The notes below the pieces were generated by a model. It saw nothing but the letters and a program-made list of their open reading frames with translations, had not been told where the DNA came from and did no database searches. This document shows, piece by piece, positions 14,277 through 25,070 of a DNA stretch of 64,000 nt; the stretch's first letter is position 1; each line of letters opens with the position of its first letter. This DNA is from Eledone cirrhosa (Eukaryota), in NCBI GenBank assembly GCA_964016885.1, contig OZ024740.1, forward strand, positions 198,648,001 through 198,712,000, given 5' to 3'. The translations under genes were made by a program, and so were the position numbers.

Positions 14277-14338
14277 TTTTATCTGATGAGGACGCACTGT
14301 TGAAATAGCTTAGTATCTCTGAAATATGTATAATAAAA
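14277..14338 (+). ncRNA. Type-I hammerhead (mirror copy 11196-11257 on minus)
   Basis: ttttat CTGATGA gga...tct GAAA tatgta TA ataaaa. Confidence 0.75.
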
Positions 14339-14475
14339 TATATTTGATCACATGAATGTCTATATTTCTTAATATTTTGAAGTAATATTAATAACTCCAG
14401 ACAACCTTCTTGTAGAGTGCTTATAATCTATTGTTAAACTTTATTCATTGATGAATTCAGTGAAGCTTGGTAAAC

Positions 14476-14538
<63 letters not shown>

Positions 14539-17116
14539 TATGTATTTGAGTGTGTATGTGTGTTTATATATAAATCTATTCCGATTGGGCTATTTACACA
14601 TGGTTGTGGTACGACAATACAGAAACAAAATAATAGGGGCATATGTTATATGGACTCTAGTACTGTCAATTCGAGGGACAGAGAAATTGGAGCTTCAACG
14701 ATAGCAGTATTGAATAATCTGTTGAATAATGACCTGTTTATACCTTTGAAATATGCATAACGGGATGATGTAATGAAATTAACTGATGTTGAATATGTGA
14801 AGCTGTCTATCTTCTATTTACCGTCTATATGCAGTCTTCAAATTATAAATACATCTCTGCTTCTTAAAAAGATATCTTTTGCCATTTATGACATTTAGTA
14901 TATTTTGTGAGTCTTTAAAATTCAGATTTTAATTGAAATAGTCTGTCTTTGAATGAATACTATGATATTAAAATAAATAATAGCAGTAACAATAATCTCA
15001 CTAACAAAATGTTTCTTTTAAAATCAAAGAAAATGTAAGATTGAACATTATCCTAATTAAACAAGAATAAACAAAATATGACATGAAAATGATAAATAAA
15101 TACACACATTATTTCAAGAAGACAAAGAATGAGAAATAAAACTTGAATAATACAGAAACCAGAAAACTATAAAGAATGAGATCATAATAAGAGAGTGAAA
15201 AATATAATTGAAATATAATTGATTGCAATGTAATAAAGCAATATTTACTCTCAGACAGAGGCCAGTGTATATATATCACAATATGATTTCAGCGAGAATT
15301 AGTTTAATTTAAATTCAACTATCTAACGAAACACGCTTACATACATATAAATAGATGGCCTCAGTAAGAACTAATGTTGAGGAAGCTCGTCCCTCAATCA
15401 TTATGTCCCGAGTTCTATTTCATTGTATGTTTTCTTGGGCTAGTGGCATTTAGCATAGCTTTGGGTCGAACCTAGCCACCTGAGTAAAATTGGGGGGGAC
15501 GTTAACTGCATGGAATCGCATTACATGGATTAAACTTATAATTAAACCCAAACACTACACACAAACACTCGCACTATGCAAGCTATTCCGTTTACAAAAA
15601 CGTTGGAACACAGATAAGGGTACATTCTATGTACTTTGTGTAACATAATATAAGTATAAAAATAACATTGTAACAGGGATAGCCGAGTAGAAAATATAAT
15701 TTTAATCATTTTGCGACAAAACATTAGTTGCAGCATTCTTCCAAATTTAGAAATGTTTGAATATCAAAACATACCAGATACAAACCAAATGTCCAACAAA
15801 TCAGAAACTACCACTCTAAAATGTGAATTTAACATGACAACATTAGATAATTCTACAGCGTAAAAAATAAATCTTTTTAGCATAGGTTTGCTTGATCAGG
15901 GCTATTTGGTTTAATTGGGTAAACAAAAACTGCGAAAACCTGTCGGAATGATGGATCAGTAATTAAAATGATCATCCTTCTTGGACTCTATTATGTTCAA
16001 TGTTAAGGTACACGTGTTTGTGGAACGCTATCCCACATGTACGTAGGTTTATTTATCATCAGGTGAAATCGCAAACAGCATTGTTTTAATAAGCAGATAT
16101 TAAATAGATGAATCATATCATTTAAATAGTTTCATTTAAAATTGGAGTGTTGTATAACAATTTTGCTTCATTCTTTTCAGATGTGGCAATATTTATCCTC
16201 TTTTGCCTATCTATTGATAATGTAAATTGTTATGGAAGGCATGGTAGAGATATTATTCATGAAGCCTCATTTGATATTCACCTCATTGAGACTAGATTCT
16301 CAACGCTATGATATTTGATTATTCCCACTCATATTACTTAATTCTACCCAAAATTCCTAGCGATTTGAATTCAATCTATATTAAGATTCATATCAACGTG
16401 ATCTGAGTAGAATGTTTGAGACTTCATTATATTAATTGTATGGAGTGGTTACAATAATGGCTATAAGTCATCGAATTCGACGTTGAGTGTTTTGGTTGTT
16501 CGATTACCAGAACAGCCTGCTCGTGTTATTAACGTGTAAGTGGATGAGCATTCCAAAAACATGTCTAACCGTAACATATGTCTTGGGATAAGTTTGGTTA
16601 TCTGAATTAGAGTTATAGTCAATCCGACGGGCTTCCAAACAGTTACGGTCGATCAATCTTCACTCACAAGGATTGGCTAAAATTGATGCTACAAAAAAAT
16701 TACACTTGCAAAAATATTTTGCGCAATTAGGTAGAATCTAGTGCGTCAAGATTTCAAAGAGAAATTCTTAGCCATTTGTCCTTGCTGTGTTCTAAATATA
16801 ATCAATATAAATAAATCATCGCATTATCATCGTCAATGAGTATGCACACGGAGATGCTATACCCAATGACTATGGTACCAATATCATAGTCAAATGTTGT
16901 ACACAAAGATGTAATACACAATGACTGACTTAAAAGTGTTATCGTGAAATTCTATGAAGGCAAATGATATTAAATAGTAAGTAGGGACTACAGAGGCATG
17001 TAGTTGATGGTCCAGGCTATGGAAGTAGCTGAATGAGTTGTAGCACAAATAGGTATAGATCACTTTTCGTTATTCTTTCTATTTATATTTACATTCCCCT
17101 CTACCTTAAACTAAAT

Positions 17117-18275
17117 TCTTCTTCATCTTCTTCTTCTTCTTCTTCTTCTTCTTCTTCTTCTTCTTCTTCTTCTTCTTCTTCTTCTTCTTCTTTTTCTTTT
17201 TCTTTTTCTTCTTCTTCTTCTTCTTCTTCTTCTTCTTCTTCTTCTTCTTCTTCTTCTTCTTCTTCTTCTTCTTCTTCTTCTTCTTCTTCTTCGCCGCTCA
17301 CTTATTCCTGAGAGACTCGTGAGAGCAGATTCCTTCAACACTCCTTCCAGCGGGTCCTGTCATAATAATTTGACTCCAAGCGAGACCTGCCAAGCTTCTG
17401 GTTGTTATTCAAACATATTGCTCGGGGTCAACTTCTGGGTCTCCTGCTGGTTGGCTTTGATCGCAAAATCTGTCCAAAGTATCGGAGCTGTAATTGATCA
17501 GTTCGGAGAAGTAGGGGCTCTACCTGGAGTAACTCCCTGATTTCCGAGCTACGCACTATATCCAGTAACGTTACTCCAAAAAACCCTTCGAAGGAACCTT
17601 GTTTCGGTCGCTCGTATTCCCGATCGCGTTCTTTCGGACATAACCCAAGATTCATGATCATATGTAAAGGTTGGCACAAATACTGAATTGAAGATAGTGA
17701 GTTTGGCTTTCACACCTAACTCCCATCTTCTAATTACCTAATGCTGTAACTGGCACATTATTATACCAGCTCAAGGGCGTGTCGGTTGGCAGTATCGGTA
17801 GAGGGTCGGCCGTCATGCTTTCCAGCATCGTTACGACCCTTTACGATCTGAGTTCAAATCCCGCCGAGCTTGACTTTGCCTTTCATCCTTGCGGGGTCGA
17901 TAAAATAAAGTACCAGTAATGCACTGGATATTTGCTGGCCTTGTGCCTAAAGTAGAAACAATTATTATACCAGCTCATGCAATCCTTGCCCTTAATTCAG
18001 CGTCCTGCCTTCCCTTGCTCGTGAACTCAGCTGCGAGATACGGGAACCTTTCCACTTGCTTCAGTGGATCACACCTAGTTATCTGCAACTTGAGACTACC
18101 TAAAGCCAAAGAAGCCCACAAAACTGGCAGAGCCAGGGTGAAATGCAGGATAAAGTGGGAAGCGTTGGTGGATAAGAAAATCAGAACCAGTTATGCACAT
18201 ACCATAGCATCAAAATTAAGAGAACTTACAAAGAAAACTGAGGACGTTGGATATAGATTAGCAATAATTTGAAAA
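17117..18275 (-). mobile_element. RTE-clade LINE fragment with (GAA)n tail, an inverted 5' segment and a nested SINE
   Basis: Minus: GVTLLDIVRSSEIRELLQVEPLLLR..QLRYFGQ; (TTC)n at 17117-17292; plus 18070-18270 HLVICNLRL..RIKWEAL resembles the endonuclease-linker region. Confidence 0.75.
17774..17960 (+). mobile_element. Full-length SINE family 1 (tRNA head + Deu/Nin-like domain), 17-bp TSD
   Basis: A-box-like tggcagtatcgg, B-box gagttcaaatcc, domain gcctttcatccttgcggggtcgataaaataaagtacc; TSD attattataccagctca. Confidence 0.9.
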
Positions 18276-19025
18276 CGCAATATTTTCTATTGTGTAATGT
18301 TATATATTTTGACGTCAAAATTATTATTTAAGTTCAAGTAAAAACAAACAGTAATATAATAGATTGTACTACCCATGGTAAATGGCGTTTAATGTGACAC
18401 TGTTCGGGAATAAGCAATAGTTATATGGTACAAATGTAGCTCGTGAAAACGCGTTGAGTCAATTATTGTTGTTATAATCTTCTGCCTTGTGCCTAAATCA
18501 CAAACCGTTATATGTATAATCTTTAAGCATTCATTGATGAAAACCTAGAAATCTGTGTTCATACTTCCAATTTTGTATATATATATGTATGTGTGTGTGT
18601 ATATGTGTATATATGTATATGTGTGTGTGTGTGTATGTATTTGTGTATGCGTATGTATGTGTTTATGTATTTGTATATGTATATTTATGTGTGAGAGTGT
18701 GTGTATGTATTTATTTTTACGTATGTATGTGTTCGTGCATTTGTGTGTATTGCTTACCACGTGTGTTTTTTCATTTATTTGTTGCCTGTATCGCTGTCAA
18801 CATTACAATAGTCATTTGCTTTTTTATATTTTTATTATTATATATATTTTTTCTTATAATTATTTGTGTGTGAGTATGTAGAGGTGTGTGTGTATATTTC
18901 TATTTTTGTGCATGCGTATGTATGCATGTATATATATGTGTATGTATGTGTATGTATGTACGTGTGTATATACGTATGATTGTGTGTATGTATATGTATG
19001 TGTGTATGGCTATGTATGTGTATGC

Positions 19026-19080
<55 letters not shown>

Positions 19081-19469
19081 GTTGTATATATGTATGTGTA
19101 TGTATGGATATATTGATATTTATGTGTGTATGTATGTATGTGTATATGTATGTGTATGTATATATATACACATATATATGTGTGTGTGTATATGTGTGTG
19201 TATGTATGTGTGTATGTATATATATATATATATGTGCATGTATATAATTGTGTGTGCGTGTGTGTGTTTGCATGTGTGTTTTTATTTTATTTTTCCTTTC
19301 CTTCTTCATTTTCCAGCCTCACTTTCATAAAGATTGCATTTTTGTTTTTAAAATCCAACGTTAATAAATACGTCAGGATTTTTTCATTCTGATGATTGAA
19401 AGCAACATTTTTTTTGCTTTTAAGAAACCACTGGTAAATGAAATAATTGCATTATGTTGTTTATTACAT

Positions 19470-19529
<60 letters not shown>

Positions 19530-19774
19530 GTATATGTGTGTATGTATGTATGTTTGTATGTATAAAGTTTCGGAGTAACAATAGAATCATGTAACATATA
19601 CAAAAAGTTGCAAATATTTTTAAACTGGAAGTGTGAAACCTTAGAAAGCATCTAACTCCTTAGGAAATAGAATAAAATTCCAACGGCTTACAAGGATTCT
19701 GTTGACATAATGTCGTACATATGTTATCAACATAGTCTACGAAATAATCCAGATGTTCCTCGTAAAATAATAAT

Positions 19775-19949
19775 TGTTTCTACTTTTGGCACAAGGCCAG
19801 CAATCCACAGTGTATTACTGGTACTTTATTTTATCGACCCCGTAAGGCAAAGTTAACCTCGGCGGGATTTGAACTCAGAATTGCAAGGCCGTAACTCTAC
19901 GAGTCAAAGCATGGCGTCCGACCCTCTACCGATACTGCTAATCCACCGC
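19775..19949 (-). mobile_element. SINE family 1 with 14-bp TSD (other partial copies ~11491, 41370-41525, 44985-45086, 50725-50811, 51985-52100, 54600-54660, 62547-62705)
   Basis: Homology to 17774-17960; TSD cgtaaaataataat. Confidence 0.88.
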
Positions 19950-20734
19950 CGTAAAATAATAATAGTTTTTAAAATATTTCATATATTGGAAACATTTACA
20001 GAAAAGAAAGCATCCACGGTTGCTGTAAATATTTTCTAAAATTCACACTTGTATATCCATCGTGCTAATTCATATGTCGCTTGATCCACACGCATACACA
20101 CATGAACACACACACCCACACACAGACAGACACACACACAGACATCACACACACTTACACACAGACACACACAAATATACACAGGCACACACACAGACAC
20201 ACACACACATATGCCCATACTCGACTCTTACGCCTTAAGGTGCACAGAGATTCATGCACCATCAGGTTCGCAGATCTAGCAGTCCTACTCTGTCTGGACA
20301 CGTTACCTCTAAATAGCGGAAGACCTGAATTAAAGAAGAGGAATTCCCGCTAATATAGGAGTGAACCAGTAAGTTGCATACAGATATGTACATACAGACA
20401 CGTACATATATACATGCATATATACACGTAAGAAAGAGCATGTAAGAAAGAGTTAACTTACAATATAAAGTCGAACACTCAGCATTCAATATATAAGCAA
20501 TACACAGAAAAATAGATACGATCTAGCCTCATCATTTTCATTATTTTGGCGAATTATGTGTCCCTCAGGCGCACTCTTCAATTTCTCCCGCTATCTAACG
20601 TATGTCACCTACTCTAAGGTGTAGCCTATCGATTTATCGATACATTCTTAATGAGTGCTTCGTTGTAAACTAATTGTTACTTCGTGGGTTTGGCCACCTG
20701 CCATAACTTCGATTTTACTAACCTTCCATTTGTG

Positions 20735-20798
<64 letters not shown>

Positions 20799-21307
20799 GA
20801 ACAGATTAAAGTTTAAGCAAAGAATCGCTGCTTTCACCTTTAAAGGGATCTTCTGAAACTAAAAAAAAATCAATCTGTGGATGCAGCAGTAAATATGTTC
20901 AAAAAACGTTACAACCGAAGGAAAACAGGGAGATGATCCTATGGTTCGTAAATACGTTCCCTAGCAAAGAACGGAAATAAGCGAGGATAATTACGTCGTT
21001 GTGTTGAGTGACCAGAACAATTCCTTGCAAAGACAAAAACACATTTGTGGTATAAAAGGAGTCGTTAGACTAATATTCTATTTAGAATAATTGAATCATT
21101 TCCAGCACCGGAGTTTAAGACTATTGTAAATGAAATTGTTTAACGAAATTGAGAGAGGTTATTAATAATAATAAACGTAAATACTAGTGAGAACATTAAA
21201 GTATAGTTAAGATTTAGGCCTGTGAATAAGTATGCGCTAATGCATACATACACATTAATACACATACGTACACACGTACGCTTACATGCATACAGACATA
21301 AATACAT

Positions 21308-21355
<48 letters not shown>

Positions 21356-21599
21356 ATACATACATATATATATATATATACACAGTCACACACATATAAA
21401 CACATATATATATATATAAATTGATATATACACTTACATACATATATATATACACCTATAACACATACATGCATATATACATACGTAAGAAATACGTACA
21501 TGCACAAACATACAGATAAGGTATACTTACCTATACGAAATACAATGGTATATACATAAAGTATACTTAACTCACACGTCATGGCGTATATCATCTGCG

Positions 21600-22622
21600 T
21601 ATTATCCGTACTCTCCGTTAAGGTATAATGTGGGGCTGTAATACAGGAAGGATTTATGCAATTTGCTTTTACATGCCGAAATTGCCTCAGATTTTTTGTT
21701 TAAGATTTGGTCATTGCCGTTGAGTATTTCCAGGGCTTCGGCGGTGCAAAGATCACATGGTCTTTTGTTTCCATTATACAATCTAGTTTTATCTAGGATC
21801 TCCCAGTGTAACATATATCGGGTGTGGTTGTCTTTTAGACTCCAGATATAGGCCGAAAGTGACGTCATGTTCCTTCTTAAAGAATTAGGAAAAGAAAGGA
21901 TGTGCATGTATAGATGCTGCTTGAACCTATTGGCGGTTAACCCTATGTAGGCCCTACTAGACGTGGGTGTATCGACCTTACATTTGTAGACAATATTACT
22001 AGATAGGCATTTCCTGTATAGAGGGCAGTCTTCCAGATTCCTACAATTACAGTTAGTACTAGCTACTGGTTATTTTAATAGCGTTTCTATTAAATATTTT
22101 ATTATATTTATGTGCTGAGGGGAAATGCTTCTTGATTGAAGAGAAAACGATTTTTTGCTGTTGGTGTGGCCCCTTCCATATTATATGGTGGGTTATACCT
22201 TATAATACGCCGGGATCTATTTTTCCTAGGTTTGTGCTCGTACTTAGTAGATTGCACCTTATCAACAAATCCACTCTGAGCTAGAGCTCCAATGTAATAT
22301 GTGGAAGACAGGTGAAAATATGCTCGTTTCCTGATAGAGAAGAAAGCCTCAATGAAACGTTTCTTACCAGGTTCTTGATTAAGCTGATTGGATGATTAAA
22401 ATATTTACTAATGTAATTGAGCATTTCATTCGGCTTTTTATATGGGGAGGGCAAGCCATTCGACAAGTTGAGTGTAGTATCAAGGAAGTTTACAACTGAA
22501 AGGTTGGCCACGACTTGAATGGAGAGGTTGAAGTCCTTGAAGAAAGTGATGAGTTCCTTCCTAAATCTGTCGAGAGTGCGGGGTCTGCACTTGGTCATGG
22601 TCAAAAGACCGTCATCGGGGTA
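21600..22622 (-). pseudogene. Decayed Naiad-like PLE 3' fragment
   Basis: VVNFLDTTLNL, CNCRNLEDCPL..NIVYKC..YIG, SLSAYIWSLKD..CDLCTAE. Confidence 0.88.
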
Positions 22623-22726
22623 TATATATATATATAACCAAGCACATTATAAACGTAAATATGTAAGTATGTTTTTGAAACGGTGCGCGAGTTTGAAATT
22701 AGAAATTAGAAATTAGAAATTATAAG

Positions 22727-22853
22727 CTTTCACCGTATTTTAGACTAAAGAAATTTCTAGCCTGATAGTGGGGTTTATAACCCCCGGAGAAATGGAAACA
22801 GATGAGTGTTGCCGTACATGGGAGTCGAACCCACATCTTTGGTTATCCAGACC
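22727..22853 (-). mobile_element. tRNA-derived repeat, family 3 (fuller copy 31933-32097 on plus)
   Basis: T-arm/B-box tgggttcgactccca, anticodon-like arm tggt-ctggata-acca, shared 3' body in both copies. Confidence 0.65.
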
Positions 22854-22902
22854 ATATATACCTTATAATACGCCGGGATCTATTTTTCCTAGGCTTATGC
22901 TC

Positions 22903-22946
<44 letters not shown>

Positions 22947-23156
22947 AAATAACGAAACGAAATTAACTTTCGTTTCGTTTGTAACTCACTTTTGTATGAC
23001 TGACGCTTAAACAATTAAGTTAAAAGTGTACATCCACATATGTATACTGAAATACTAGTATGCATATAAATACACACACGTATACATATGTACATGTACC
23101 GAGCTTTTCAGTGGACACTATACTGTGAGTGTTCAGCTAGTCTGTATGTACGCTCT

Positions 23157-23204
23157 ATGCAAATTAGTCTGCCCACTACTAATTTTCATAGAAAAAGCAT
23201 ATAA
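23157..23204 (+). promoter_or_regulatory. Putative snRNA-type promoter (octamer + TATA); equivalents 24472-24519 (+) and 53822-53870 (-)
   Basis: Octamer-to-TATA spacing is 43, 42 and 43 nt in three divergent units. Confidence 0.5.
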
Positions 23205-23249
23205 CGATATGTGCTTTTACGATTCTCTAGAGAGGCCGGAGGATGGGTA

Positions 23250-23294
23250 AATATTGCTGATGAGATGTAATAACATCGAAACTAGTCCAATATT
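23250..23294 (+). ncRNA. Canonical minimal type-I hammerhead, GUC site at 23287
   Basis: aatattg CTGATGA gatg-taataa-catc GAAA ctag TC caatatt; palindromic ACTAGT loop III; stem I extends imperfectly over 23222-23316. Confidence 0.95.
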
Positions 23295-23504
23295 CCTGTC
23301 TGGCTCCCTGGAGAATAGAGGAAAGGTGTTTCCTCGAAAACCAGTATGACTCTAAAAACCGGTTTGTCTGTGTGTTTACATACAGACTAGCTGAACACTC
23401 ACAGTAAAGTGTCCAGTAAAAAGCTCGGTACATGTACATATGTATACGTGTGTGTATTTATATGCATACTAGTATTTCAGTATACATATGTGGATGTACA
23501 CTTT

Positions 23505-23554
<50 letters not shown>

Positions 23555-23575
23555 TACATATATATATATATATAC

Positions 23576-23674
<99 letters not shown>

Positions 23675-23735
23675 GTAATAATAATAAATGTGGAGACTAA
23701 AATCCAAAGAGGGCTCGATAAAGATAATTATATAT

Positions 23736-23783
23736 GTTTCAGAAGAACCCGTTCAGGGTGAAAGCAGGATTCTTTGCTTAAAC
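23736..23783 (+). ncRNA. Variant hammerhead, family X
   Basis: gttt CAGAAGA accc-gttca-gggt GAAA gca-ggattctt-tgc TT aaac. Confidence 0.6.
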
Positions 23784-23865
23784 TTTAATCTGTTATTTTA
23801 ATAAATATATATATACATACATATATAGATACATAGATATATACACACACACACACACACGCACG

Positions 23866-23979
<114 letters not shown>

Positions 23980-24072
23980 TGAATATATATATAAATATAT
24001 ATATAAAGAAAGCAGCGATTCTTTGCTTGAACTTTAATCTGTTATTTTAATAAATATAAATATATATATAAA

Positions 24073-24112
<40 letters not shown>

Positions 24113-24116
<4 letters not shown>

Positions 24117-24166
24117 AGTATGTATGTATACGTACATACATATATGTATACAGACGTACAGTAGCA

Positions 24167-24220
<54 letters not shown>

Positions 24221-24759
24221 TATACATACAGGTACACATACATATATGCACGCATCAGTTTAGCGGACGTTTATTACAACGCCGCTTTGTTCGTTTGTTT
24301 GTCAACAAACCAAACAGCCTGAATTTATGCCATACGGTGTTAAGGCAACCACGTCACCTTTTTGTTCAACACCTTTTGTTCAACACATACTAAGAGTGAG
24401 AAATGATATTTCGCTTTCATTTTTTTCAACTTATCGTTTTCGGTATGCCTGACCGATTTAACTCACTCAATATGCAAATTATGCTGCTCAGCCGTTAATT
24501 TTCATAAGGAAAGTATATACTTTAGAACGTTCAACTATCTGGCAGATGGGTAAACGGTGCTGATGATAGCTAACAAGCTTGAAACTAGTACATCGTTCCT
24601 GTGTCAGTGTTGAACAAAAAGGTGACGTGGTTGCCTTAACACAGTATGGCATAAATTCAGGCTGTACGGTTTGTTGACAAACAAACGAACAAAACGGCGT
24701 TGTAATAAACCTACGCTAAACTGATGCGTGCATATACGTATGTGTACCTGTATGTATAA

Positions 24760-24852
<93 letters not shown>

Positions 24853-24968
24853 TGCTACTGTACGTCTGTATACATATATGTATGTACGTATACATACGTA
24901 CTTACATTTAAGTAAGTGCCATACTAAGAGTGAGAAATGAAATTTCGTTTTCATTTTTTTCAATTTAT
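24113..24968 (+). mobile_element. Octamer/TATA-HHR unit B (~524-bp period) with inverted arms 24113-24372 / 24606-24907
   Basis: Direct repeat catactaagagtgagaaatg at 24386 and 24920 brackets one unit; the inverted arms include an internal (TA)n. Confidence 0.8.
24553..24597 (+). ncRNA. Minimal type-I hammerhead, GUA site
   Basis: aacggtg CTGATGA tagct-aaca-agctt GAAA ctag TA catcgtt; outer stem gttcaac/gttgaac. Confidence 0.88.
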
Positions 24969-24987
24969 ATATATATATATATATATA

Positions 24988-25068
<81 letters not shown>

Positions 25069-25070
<2 letters not shown>

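Larger units (their letters stand above)
11147..14480 (+). mobile_element. 5'-truncated Naiad-like PLE with ~1.04-kb inverted arms (11147-12198 / 13365-14387)
   Basis: GIY-YIG remnant CNCRNRSNCPLQNNCL..YIGAT..FKLRYSNHK..CNLC at 12340-12960; arms are reverse complements; flanked by (TA)n. Confidence 0.9.
22945..23510 (+). mobile_element. Octamer/TATA-HHR unit A within ~133-bp inverted arms (23018-23150 / 23377-23510)
   Basis: Arms are reverse complements; the spacer holds ATGCAAAT 23157, TATAA 23200 and an HHR. Confidence 0.8.

Noticed and set aside
20210-20385. GC-richer island with CTGATGG and an octamer-like tatgcaact on minus
   Set aside because: No GAAA half-core or closing stems; could not be fitted to an HHR or other ribozyme by eye
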